From Neocallimastix sp. 'constans' (Eukaryota), in the NCBI GenBank assembly GCA_050613775.1, contig JBODTK010000158.1:248001-312000 (forward strand): a DNA stretch of 64,000 nucleotides. The letters run 5' to 3'. Both the position numbers and the translations under genes were made by a program. Shown here piece after piece: positions 1-13,402 of this stretch; position 1 is the first letter of the stretch, and each line of letters begins with the position of its first letter. The notes beneath the pieces were generated by a model. It saw only the letters and a program-made list of their open reading frames with translations. It made no database searches and was not told the origin of the DNA.

Positions 1-8
1 GATATTAG

Positions 9-193
9 GCTTCATATCCGCAATTGATTTCAACATGTTATTTTTATGTGACATTATTAGATGATTTAATGAATTCAATCGTAAAAATTGATAGTTTGTC
101 TACATCTTCTACTTTAAATAGAAAAAGTCCAGATCCAATTGCATTATTAAGTAATTAATTTATATATTTATATAATTAATATTTTAATATAAA

Positions 194-227
<34 letters not shown>

Positions 228-2030
228 ATGGTTATTTCTATTTATGTTTTTTAATAAAATTAAATTTTTATATTTATATTATTTTAAGGTCGTCAAAGAC
301 ATCCGCCAAGAGGGGAATCATTATCTGTACAATATAAACTAACAGAAAATTCAAAAAAAATTGAAAATTTCATTAATCGTGTGGAAGTTGGTTCAAAGAA
401 ATTAAATATGGAAAAAAATTTAAAAACCATTAACACTAATGATACTAAGGATATTCCAACTCATGATATATTATCAATGTCTTACATTAATAATAAAAAT
501 AAGGGTGGTAATAATTTAATAAGAAATGAACATGTGTATATGCAAGATGGTCAATTTACATATAAAAAGAATAATAACACCTCTAGAAATACTTATACAG
601 AAATTAAAAATATAAACAATAATAATCATTACAAAGAACAATATGATGATGAGGAAAGATCGGAGGATGATCAAGAAAATAATAAAAGAAAAAAGTATGC
701 TACTTTTATTAATTTAGATGAAAATGAAAATATTATTCAAAAATATAAGCAAGAAAATAATATTATTGAAGAAGAAGATGAAGAAGACCAACAACAACAA
801 CTACTCGCTTCAAAACAAGAAAAGTTGAATGAAAATGAAGCATATTATATTTCACGTATAAAAAATTATAAGTTAGAAAATAATTATGATCCTATTTCAA
901 GTCAAAGTACACCTATAATAGACTCAGCAGAACATATTTCTAATGAAAACAATTATAATGAATTAGATATGTCGACATTAAATTATAAAGCTAGTATCAG
1001 TAATAATAATCTTCATAAAAATTATATAGAAGAAGATGATGAAAATGATTATGAAAATGATGAAGCCTACTACACTTATATTTTACAAAAGAATCGTAAA
1101 AACAAATTTAAAGGTAGAACATTGACTAAAACAAGTTCTTCTTCAGAAATAACAGAACAACAACAACAATTATTATCAGAACCAAAAGTAGAGCATAGTG
1201 GAGCAATAGATAATGAAATGTCATATTTAGATAATGGTAATAAGACCATTACTATTTATAAAGAAACAAAAAATTCAGAATTAAATGTTAAAAATGTTGA
1301 AAAGAAAGATGAAAAATCTAAGCATGATCATAAAAAATCATTATCAGAAGAAAAATCCTTTAAGAAAAAACTTTTGAGATATGAAAGAAAGCAAATTAGA
1401 AAAGAAATTGAAGCTTCTGAAAAAAGATCCGTTATTTTTGATGATATTAAGTATTTTAGAAGAAATCAAAATTCATTCAATATTAAAAATTTCGTTAATC
1501 AATCAGAGGCTTCAACTGATAATAGTTATTTTAGTAATAAATATGCCATAAATAAAGGTACAATATATTTCTTTGAAGAAGGAAGAGAAGTAATAGGATT
1601 TGAAGTTACCAGTGAAAAAATATCAATTGTTTCTGGTACAGTTGAAAAATTACTTTTAAGATTAGCTAATGAGTCTACTTATAATGAAGAATATGTGGAT
1701 ACTTTTATTCAATATCATCAGTTCTTTATTTCATCTGTAGATCTTATGCATAATCTTATTGCTCGTTTTAATGTTCAATTAGAAAATAAGGAAGATGCGG
1801 ATGAACAAAAGTTCAATAAATGGCGTAAACAAATTCAATTAAAAGTTATTTATGCTCTTAATCGTTGGATATCCATTCAGTATAATTGTTTTGTTAAGAA
1901 TGCATTAGTCCATGCTCTTTTAGAATATTTTATTTCTGCTATATGGTCATCGGGATTTAAAAACGAAGCTGATCGTTTAAAGAGAAATGCTACAAAAATT
2001 GTAATTTTTTTTTTGTTTTTTTACCTTTTT

Positions 2031-2082
<52 letters not shown>

Positions 2083-4293
2083 CAATAATTAATACTTTAA
2101 TTATTCATTATATTTATATTTATATTTATATTTATATTTATATTTATATTTATATTTATATTTATATTTATATTTATATTTATATTTATATTTATATTTA
2201 TATTTATATTTATATTTATATTTGTACTAATACTTTTTATTTAATTTTATTAAAAAAAATTCTAATTATATATATGTATATTTAATTATAATTATTACTA
2301 GATATTATCATCTTCAGCAAAATATAGAAATTTACCATTTAATTTAATACCAATAAGAAATTTAACAGATGATGATATTTCAAGAGAGATTACTATTAAT
2401 TTAACAAACTCTTCAATATTATATGATTTTGATTCAAAAACTATTGCTAAATATTTATGTGTAGTTGATCAAGAAATATTTTCTGTTGTAACATGGCATG
2501 ATATTGCATCAAAGTTATCTAATAGTTACAAAAATGAAGAATTTGAATTTATTAAACCCTCTTTAAGATTCCGTTATGAAAAAGAAATTGAGGAAGATAA
2601 GAAATTTGATGAAAATCCAATTGATTTGATGACGAAACGTAGTAATTTAATAAGAAATTGGGTTGCTATGGAAATTTGCAGTGTACAAAATATCAAAACT
2701 AGAAAATATCTTATACGTAAGTTTATCGAAATTGCGAAATATTCTCGTGAATTTAATAATTTCCATTCAGCATTATTTATTGTGAGTGGTTTATTATCAC
2801 CCCCAGTTCAACGTTTAAAACAAACATGGGAGTTAATAAATAATAAAGAAATCACAACTTTAAATAATTTAGAAAAATTATTAAGTCCAGTATCCAATAT
2901 GAAATATTATCGTAAAGCTATTGCTATGGCAAAAGGTCCAGTCGTTCCATTCTTCCCTATTATAATGAAAGATTTTAGATTTATCATTGATGGTAATCCT
3001 ACTTTTAAAACTCTTCCAAGTGGTGTTGAATTAGTTAATTTTGAAAGATATAAAATTATGAATAAGGTTCTTAATACGATTAAAAAATATTCTACCGAAA
3101 AGTATCCATTTACTCAAACCTTCTTACCTATAATTCAACGTTTACCTGTATTAATGAAAAAGAAAAATAGAACTCTCTTAACTAAAGATTATATTTCAGA
3201 TCCTAAACGTAATTCTTCAGGATCAGGTACTAACACTTATGCCTCCTCTCAACAAACTTATCACTTATCTCCGGTACAAACTCCGTCAATTCCATCCAAT
3301 AGTGATACACCAACTCTTTTCTCACCTGATCTTCAATCACCAAATCTTAGTTATGCAAATAAATCACAAGTATATTTACCAAATCAAAGTCAAGGACTTT
3401 TTTCATTAACTCTTAACCCCCATCATTCTTTCCAAAATATTACTAATAATGCTTTTAGTCTTTTCCATAATCATAATAGTTCTTCCCTTCCAACAGATGA
3501 AATTGAAGATATTGCAGTATATATTGAATCAAGACTTTATGGTAAAGGATTTTGTTCATTATCACTTTCCTCTTTAACTTCTACCTTTTTAAATAATCCT
3601 TCTCTAAATTCTACATCGACTTATAATAAAACCACCCCACTAAATGTTAATACTGTTAATAGTAATATTGATAATGATAATATTAATAATATTAATAATA
3701 TTAATAGTAACAATAATAATAATGTAAATAATATAAGTAGCAACAATGTTAATAGCAATAATAGTGGTAATACTAATAATAATTCTTCTTTGAATGATCT
3801 TAATGAAATAATGACTATTAATAATAGTTTATACCTTGATGATAATATTTTAACTCATATATTATGTAGTGAATTTGAAATACAAAATCAAAAGATTGCT
3901 TATGATTTAAGTTTAGCTTGTGAACCTCCAAATTCTGTTTCAACTTCATCTTCTTCATCTACATTTATCCCATCATCCCCAAAAACTTCAAATGATGGTT
4001 CTTTCTCACCATCATCAATTAAAATTTCTTATCAAAAGTATATTAACGATACCAGTACTACTAAATTAAATTTTATTACGAATACATTAAATGAAGATTC
4101 TATGGAAGCTTCACTTGCAGAAAAATCCCTTTCCATTATTTTAAATACAAATCCAAAAATAAAAAATTTTGATTATAAAACAAATGAAATTGAAGATGGA
4201 ATGGAAAATGAAGCTGAAGTGAATGTAAATTTATCAAAAATTATTCCAAATGATATTCATATGAACCTCCCAGAAACCCAAACTAAAAATTAA
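9..4293 (+). CDS. Ras guanine-nucleotide exchange factor (REM + CDC25-type RasGEF domain), 5'-truncated; exons ~9-150, 289-2000, 2302-4293
   Basis: REM motif '[39 protein letters not shown]' and CDC25 motifs '[68 protein letters not shown]'. GT-AG introns 151-288 and 2001-2301 keep the frame. Confidence 0.9.
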
Positions 4294-4296
4294 AAA

Positions 4297-4327
<31 letters not shown>

Positions 4328-4556
4328 GAAGAATAAATAAATTAATAATATATAAATATATATTTATAATTTAATTATAATTATATACGTATATAAGTTA
4401 TATATATAATAATTTAAAAATTAATAATAATAATATCTAATATATATCTTATTTATTTTAATTTATATTTATGAAATTAATTTATTATTTTGAATATTGA
4501 TATAGAATTTTTTAAATAAAATTATACTTAAAAAAATATATATAATATAATAAAAT

Positions 4557-4644
<88 letters not shown>

Positions 4645-4981
4645 TAAAAAATAAAATTAAATTATATCAGACTAATTATAAAGTAATAAAAATTATTATA
4701 TTAATAATAAATGATATTAACGGTGTTAATAATAGGAAATATAAAAATAGATAGATCAATTTATTAACCAAAATAATTAAAGAGATTATAATCCGAAAAC
4801 AAAAAAAGTATTTGATTTCTTTTTTTTTTTTTTTTTTTTTCTTTTAATGTTTATTTATTATTTTATCTAATTTTAATCCATGTAACTTTGTAAATATTAC
4901 CATGTATTACGGTAATAATATTAATATAGATTTTATTTTTGACTTCCAAATATTAATAATTTTTATAACTGATATTATTAT

Positions 4982-5028
<47 letters not shown>

Positions 5029-5611
5029 TTTTTTTAAAAAAAAAAAATACATATATTTCAAAGTTTTAGTCTTAAAAATAAATATTAAACGATTAAGATT
5101 GAATTTATTACTATTTTAATAGTAATTATAATAATAATAATAATAATTTAAATTTCTAACCTAACATTTTCTAATTTTTTTTTTTACTCTCTATTATATT
5201 TAAAATGAATATTATATATATTATATAGAAATATTTATTTTGTTTATTATAGATTTTTTTATATAAATTTTAAATAATATAAAAATATAATAAAAATTAA
5301 GATTATAAAAATATTTATACTAATTGAAAAAAAATCAATTTTTTATTATTATTATCGATAAAATATTACATATTTATTAGTATATTTTTTATTTATTTAT
5401 ATATTATTTATTCATTATAACACTTTTTTTTTTTCATATTTATTAAAAGAAAGAAAATTTTAAAAAATGAATTATTAAATAGACCATAAAAATTATAATT
5501 AAAATTTTTATTTAATAATAGAATCTTTAAATTTATAATAAAAAAATTTTTTTTTTTTAATTTAAATAAATTTTATTTATTATTATAATAATATTTTCAC
5601 CTCCTGGTAAA

Positions 5612-6905
<1,294 letters not shown>

Positions 6906-7614
6906 AAAAATTAAACAAAAATAAATATATATATGAATATTTTTTATTTATCATCACAATATCATGTCTTTCACTATAATGGTTTATTCCATTCAATCAT
7001 TAAATTTAAATATATATATTATAAAACATATAATATAAAATATATTGAAACTTAGTAATAAACATTAAAAATTATATATTATAAAACATAATATATGAAT
7101 AAATTTTTATATTTTAAAAGTTAACCAAATTTTATTTATTTAAAAATAAATATTAAAATTAATATTAATAATCGATAAATTTTATAATTATTTCTATTTT
7201 GTGTTTTTGTGTAATTTTTTTTCCTTATAAATATCATCACAATAACATAGTTAAAAATATAAAAATAAAATAAAATAAACAGAGTATTATTTAAAATAAT
7301 AAAAAAACAAAGTATATATTAAAAATAATTAAATGTAAATTTATATTTTATTTTATTTTATTTTATTCAATTTATACTTTATATTTATATTTCTTCTATT
7401 TATTTTATTTTATTTTATTTTATACAATCTGTACTTTAATATTTGATATTCTACTATTTATTTTATTTAATTTCATTTCATTTTATTTTTTTTTATTTTA
7501 TTTTATTTTATTTTATTTTATTTTATTTTATTTTATTTTATTTTATTTTATTTTATTTTATTTTATTTTATTTTATTTTATTTTATTTTATTTTATTTTA
7601 TTTTATTTTATTTT

Positions 7615-8507
7615 ATTCAATCTGTACTTTATATTTAATATTCTACTATTTATTTTATTTTATTCAATCTGTACTTTATATTTAATATTCTACTATTTAT
7701 TTTATTTTATTCAATCTGTACTTTATATTTAATATTCTACTATTTATTTTATTTTATTCAATCTGTACTTTATATTTAATATTCTACTATTTATTTTATT
7801 TTATTCAATCTGTACTTTATATTTAATATTCTACTATTTATTTTATTTTATTCAATCTGTACTTTATATTTAATATTCTACTATTTATTTTATTTTATTC
7901 AATCTGTACTTTATATTTAATATTCTACTATTTATTTTATTTTATTCAATCTGTACTTTATATTTAATATTCTACTATTTATTTTATTTTATTCAATCTG
8001 TACTTTATATTTAATATTCTACTATTTATTTTATTTTATTCAATCTGTACTTTATATTTAATATTCTACTATTTATTTTATTTTATTCAATCTGTACTTT
8101 ATATTTAATATTCTACTATTTATTTTATTTTATTCAATCTGTACTTTATATTTAATATTCTACTATTTATTTTATTTTATTCAATCTGTACTTTATATTT
8201 AATATTCTACTATTTATTTTATTTTATTCAATCTGTACTTTATATTTAATATTCTACTATTTATTTTATTTTATTCAATCTGTACTTTATATTTAATATT
8301 CTACTATTTATTTTATTTTATTCAATCTGTACTTTATATTTAATATTCTACTATTTATTTTATTTTATTCAATCTGTACTTTATATTTAATATTCTACTA
8401 TTTATTTTATTTTATTCAATCTGTACTTTATATTTAATATTCTACTATTTATTTTATTTTATTCAATCTGTACTTTATATTTAATATTCTACTATTTATT
8501 TTATTTT
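7615..8507. repeat. Tandem minisatellite, 19 copies of the 47-bp unit ATTCAATCTGTACTTTATATTTAATATTCTACTATTTATTTTATTTT, flanked by (ATTTT)n
   Basis: Unit starts at 7615, 7662, 7709 ... 8461 (period 47). Degenerate copies lie at ~7366 and ~7422. Confidence 0.95.
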
Positions 8508-8836
8508 ATTTTATTTTATTTTATTTTATTTTATTTTATTTTATTTTATTTTATTTTATTTTATTTTATTTTATTTTATTTTATTTTATTTTTGGAAATA
8601 ATTGTAATTAATTGAAAAAATTTTAAAATTTTGTTAAATATTATTTTTCTTTATTTATAATAAATAATAAATATATAATAAATATATATAGTAATTAGTG
8701 AAATAACAGATGATAATTAAATTAAAACCTATGATAATCTATCTATTAATCTATTTATACCAAAATTTTATACAATAAAAAAAAAAAGATATAATTTGGT
8801 AAACAAATAATATTAATTATTTATCATTTGAATTTC

Positions 8837-11800
8837 TTATATAAAAAGATATATGTAGGTTATAATTAATACAATTATTGTGTTTTTCAAATTAGAGTAA
8901 TTGCATTTTAACGAAGAGAATGATTTATTATTGTTATCATTATTATTATTACTATTGTTGCTTTTATTGTCATCATTTGAATTAAGATCATTATCTGAAA
9001 TGCTTGATACACAGTATAAATTAAAAACATCATCATTTTCGTCAAGAGGAACAATGTTATACATATTGTAATTATTCATACTTTCTGAGGTCACTTTAAC
9101 AGATATTTTATCTCCTTGTTCACTAAATGATAAACTAACAGTATTAGATTCTTTAATAGATATATTTTCAATTATGTCGGTAGTAGATAGGTATGGATCT
9201 GAATTACAATAAATAAAAATATTGGAATTATATGGATAGGAAATAATTGGTTCCTTGTTTATGTAAAACATTGAAACAGATGATTGATAAGAAAAATTAT
9301 TTTTTGATACGTATCGTATAGTATAGGAAGAGTATTCATTATTTGGACTAATAAATATAATATAAATTTCTTCATTCAAAATAAAATAGGAAATATTATA
9401 GGTGACATATGGATTTTCTGTTTTAATAATTATTGGTTTTTGTGTAATATCATTTTTATCTTTAACTACAGCATAATAAAAGTACTGTCCTTCCTGAATA
9501 TTAATTTGATAGTTATCTACAATAATATATTCAACACGTAAATTATTACTTGCATATTCAATAGATATTTCTATATCATTTGAAGGCATCTTGATTCGAT
9601 AGGACCTATTTTTACTGATACATTCAATTTCATCTTTATTTTCAGAACTGGTATACATAACTTCCTCTGTCTCTTTATTAATAATAGAAATTTCTTTTAC
9701 ACCATAATCAAGTGGTAGAATAACTGAAAAATACAATAAAGTGGATTCAAGACCATACTGTGGAATAAAAACTTTTGTATTATTCACTTCCTTTGTATTC
9801 CTGGCATAATTACTATTTTCATTATAAAAGAAATTATTTTTTTTATAAATTTTATGTTTGGCTTTACCTTTTTTAATCTTACATTTTCCATTTTTAGTTG
9901 TAATTACATCTCCTGTATTTGTATTATAACAGTAATATTTAAACTTTGTTCTTATATCAAAATAGCAATTATAGATTTGATCAATAATAACGTTTTCAAC
10001 TCTATAATTCATTTTATCTAATTTTTTTTGATAAATAATATCTAGACTCTTACATATATTTTTTTCATAATTATGATAAATTTTATCTTTTTCATGATTA
10101 ATATTTACATTGGAATTGTTTTCATTTGATATATTACTAACTTGGATCAAATCTTGTTCATTTTTACTAGAAGAGTCCTCGTTTTGTTTGAATTCTCCAT
10201 TCAACAAGTTTTGATTGATGTTATAGTTAATGCGATAGTATTTATTTTGAAAGTCTTTATTTGTTTCTTCCTCCTGATAGGAAATAATCCATAAGTATTG
10301 TGATGAAGTAATATTAATTATAACTCCATGTGAATAAAATTTTAGTGAACATTTACTTACACCATTAGAGTTGTTTTCCTCATTAATATCAAACATATAA
10401 CATTTATAAGTATTATAATTATACCTTTTAAATTGATTTGACCATGGTATTAAGATCTCAAGAGGTGTTGTAGATACTAATGATACTCCTGTTGTAGCTC
10501 TAATATCAATTTTTGTTAAAATTTCTGTATTTATTTCTGTATCATTATAATAATTATCATTTTTTATTAATATATCTTTCATATTTTCTTTTATACCTTC
10601 TTTGACTGCACTTGAAGACAGAAGAATATCATTTTTATAATAAACGTTATTATGTTCATCATAAAACATAATTATATCAATATCATCATTTGGAATGGAA
10701 TAAACTATTTTTGATGACGGCGTTTCATCATTTAAATCATCTTGATATAAAATATTTCTTTGAGATTCATAATCATCCATTGGAAAGATAGTATAGCTGA
10801 AAGATGCAGGTTTTAAATTATTTTGTGTTGTAAGACCTTTTATATGGAAATAATAAATAACATTAGAGATACTTATATCCGGTGAAAATTCAAAATTAAT
10901 ACAATTTGTTTCAGAATTATATTGTAAATATCTTGTAGAATATAATAACTTATTTTTATTTTTATCCAAAATAGGTTTGGTTAATGAATAATTAATATCA
11001 ATTGAAAGTTCATCCTTTAATATTAAAGGTTGATTATAGCAAACAGTAATATTTGTACTCTTTAAATCTATATAGTAGTTTGGAAGTGGTGAACTTTCTT
11101 TATAATTAATAGTTACTACATGTCGAATTAGTGGAGGTGAGGTATCAAAGAACATATATTTAGACTGATATAAAATTTCAAAAGTATTTTTATATTTATT
11201 GTAGAAATTTGACCAATCATTATATTTTTTCATGACAACTTCCCCATCTTCAACGACTTCTTCGTATCCTTCTTTTCCTATAGAGAAATTTTCGCCATAC
11301 ATGCTATTAAATTTTGAAATAGGAACTGTTACTATATATATAGTAAGATATTGACTACTTACCCTGTCATTATTAATATTGGTAAATGTATGTCCTGTTA
11401 TAAATTGATAAGTAGTATAATTTTTAGTTAATAAAACATATGTATAATCCTCTGAATAAATGTCATTATCTAAACTTTCATTTAGGTCATTTATATTTTG
11501 ATCCATGTTGTAATCATTTGTGGAAGTAATATTTTGTAAATTTATATACATATTTTCTTTTTTTTCCTTTTCAACCATGTTATCTATGTTTGAAAAGTTG
11601 GATGATGCAAATTTATTATTACTATTATTATTATTATTATTATTATTGTTAAAAAATGTTCCATTTTTATTACTACTAATATTTTTGATTGAGTACTCCA
11701 TTTCAATATTTATATCTTCATTGTTGAATCTTTTATTGCTTTTTTTATCATTATTATAAATTTTAACATATTTCGTTTCTTGTATTTCTTTAACTAATAA

Positions 11801-13402
11801 ATAAGACATAGAATTTACATCAAAAGTTTCTGAAAATATATCATATGAAAGAATAGTGTTTTCTAATAATTCATTATCGTTAAGTTGAAAATCTATGGAT
11901 TTAACATTTATTTTTACAAATAAATCGTATTGCTTGAATAATGATGATTGGTTGTTTTCCCTCTTTTTCTTAGTTTTTTCTGTTGTTAATTTTAATATAC
12001 TTTCTTTCATATCAATATCATTTGCAGTTTCACTAATTTTGTTGGCTTTATTAGCTGATACCTTATTGATAATTAAAGTAGTAATATTATAGTTTTGATT
12101 ATTTAATTTTAGGTCCATAATAAGTTCATAATTTTGTTGAGAAAGCTTAGGAAACAAAACATAAGTATCCTCTAAATTTATCATGAAACTGTCTTCTTCT
12201 AAATAATAAGAAGTATATACTGAACCAAAAAATGTATAGGGTATAAAAATATTTGCATCATTATTAGATTTATTCTTTTCATTCCATTTTTCAGTTGCAC
12301 AATCAACAAAACTATTTAATTTAATTTCTCTTGTTTTTGTAACTTCATCAAACATACAAATATTGTAATAATTAAATGCAACATCAATGCTATACCATTC
12401 ATTAAAAAGCTTAATTGAATTCCATATTTCCAGAGAATTTGTATTATTCTTTTTTACATTATCAGTTGTTTTACCCCATATTAAAACACAATCAATTCCA
12501 ATATAATCCATTGCTAATTTAAATATTTTGGCTAAGTTAGCAGAAGTAGCATATCCTGATTTAAACAGACTATAAACTTCATTCGCATTACGATCGATAT
12601 ATTGAGAATCAGTAATATTATTTTTACCATAAGTGATATTATCTATATCAAATTCTTTAACATTCTCATATATATTATCTATTACATTACTAATTACTGT
12701 GTTAATTCCATCTCTTAAACTAGAAACTGACCAAGAAAATTCTGGGTTAACAATAATTGGAATATCAATAAAAGCATTTTTAATAATTTTATAATAAATA
12801 AATTCAACTTGTTTAATAAGTAAATCATCTATTTCCTTCAAATTGTCTTCTTTTGAATTTAAATTTTCAGTTAAACCTTTATATAAATATTTATACGATT
12901 TTTCATATTGATTATCTGTGGTAGTAATTGTATTATTAGTATTTGGATCCTCGATTAATTTTTCAACTATAACCTTTTCATTATGTACCAGAATTAATTT
13001 TCCATTTTTGGTATATTCAATATCTAAATCATCCCAATCAATAAAACTTAATTCGGGATAATCGCTACGAAGAGAAATTTTTGCATTATTAAAATAATTT
13101 CGAAATTTATTTAGTTGATTTGAAAAAATAAGATAGGAATTTTGAATTGTTGAACTTTCTGAAGCATGTTTTCCTTTAAAAGACCTAATAAGATCAGTTG
13201 TATTTAGATATATGTAATCATTTTCTAATATTATATTATCTAAGTTATTTATTATCTCATTATATATATTTCTTTCAACACTATTAAGTTGATAATAATA
13301 ATACTGATAATTATTTTTATTTATATAGAAAGTAAAGCTATAGACTTCACTAATTGTTCCGAAGAATAGGAACAAATAAAATAATATATTATTATATTGC
13401 AT
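8837..13402 (-). CDS. Intronless 1521-aa secreted/surface protein with degenerate transglutaminase-like domain and bacterial-type beta-sandwich modules
   Basis: Single long ORF with an N-terminal hydrophobic signal peptide. 'YYYYQLNSVERNIYNEI', 'DYPELSFID' and 'GYATSANLAKIFKLAMDYIGIDCVLIWG..EIWNSIKLFNEWYSIDVAFN' resemble Firmicutes TGase-like proteins. The C-terminus is hydrophobic (GPI/TM-like). Confidence 0.85.
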   Translation of the reverse strand: MQYNNILFYLFLFFGTISEVYSFTFYINKNNYQYYYYQLNSVERNIYNEIINNLDNIILENDYIYLNTTDLIRSFKGKHASESSTIQNSYLIFSNQLNKFRNYFNNAKISLRSDYPELSFIDWDDLDIEYTKNGKLILVHNEKVIVEKLIEDPNTNNTITTTDNQYEKSYKYLYKGLTENLNSKEDNLKEIDDLLIKQVEFIYYKIIKNAFIDIPIIVNPEFSWSVSSLRDGINTVISNVIDNIYENVKEFDIDNITYGKNNITDSQYIDRNANEVYSLFKSGYATSANLAKIFKLAMDYIGIDCVLIWGKTTDNVKKNNTNSLEIWNSIKLFNEWYSIDVAFNYYNICMFDEVTKTREIKLNSFVDCATEKWNEKNKSNNDANIFIPYTFFGSVYTSYYLEEDSFMINLEDTYVLFPKLSQQNYELIMDLKLNNQNYNITTLIINKVSANKANKISETANDIDMKESILKLTTEKTKKKRENNQSSLFKQYDLFVKINVKSIDFQLNDNELLENTILSYDIFSETFDVNSMSYLLVKEIQETKYVKIYNNDKKSNKRFNNEDINIEMEYSIKNISSNKNGTFFNNNNNNNNNSNNKFASSNFSNIDNMVEKEKKENMYINLQNITSTNDYNMDQNINDLNESLDNDIYSEDYTYVLLTKNYTTYQFITGHTFTNINNDRVSSQYLTIYIVTVPISKFNSMYGENFSIGKEGYEEVVEDGEVVMKKYNDWSNFYNKYKNTFEILYQSKYMFFDTSPPLIRHVVTINYKESSPLPNYYIDLKSTNITVCYNQPLILKDELSIDINYSLTKPILDKNKNKLLYSTRYLQYNSETNCINFEFSPDISISNVIYYFHIKGLTTQNNLKPASFSYTIFPMDDYESQRNILYQDDLNDETPSSKIVYSIPNDDIDIIMFYDEHNNVYYKNDILLSSSAVKEGIKENMKDILIKNDNYYNDTEINTEILTKIDIRATTGVSLVSTTPLEILIPWSNQFKRYNYNTYKCYMFDINEENNSNGVSKCSLKFYSHGVIINITSSQYLWIISYQEEETNKDFQNKYYRINYNINQNLLNGEFKQNEDSSSKNEQDLIQVSNISNENNSNVNINHEKDKIYHNYEKNICKSLDIIYQKKLDKMNYRVENVIIDQIYNCYFDIRTKFKYYCYNTNTGDVITTKNGKCKIKKGKAKHKIYKKNNFFYNENSNYARNTKEVNNTKVFIPQYGLESTLLYFSVILPLDYGVKEISIINKETEEVMYTSSENKDEIECISKNRSYRIKMPSNDIEISIEYASNNLRVEYIIVDNYQINIQEGQYFYYAVVKDKNDITQKPIIIKTENPYVTYNISYFILNEEIYIIFISPNNEYSSYTIRYVSKNNFSYQSSVSMFYINKEPIISYPYNSNIFIYCNSDPYLSTTDIIENISIKESNTVSLSFSEQGDKISVKVTSESMNNYNMYNIVPLDENDDVFNLYCVSSISDNDLNSNDDNKSNNSNNNNDNNNKSFSSLKCNYSNLKNTIIVLIITYIYLFI

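Noticed and set aside
7443..7685. FYFIL-repeat ORF
   Set aside because: Translation of the (ATTTT)n microsatellite.
7615..8507. 47-bp array as a CRISPR array
   Set aside because: Units are head-to-tail and identical with no unique spacers, no cas genes are present, and the context is eukaryotic.
11520..12092. Antisense hydrophobic ORFs within the 1521-aa gene
   Set aside because: Reverse-frame shadows of Asn/Lys-rich coding sequence.
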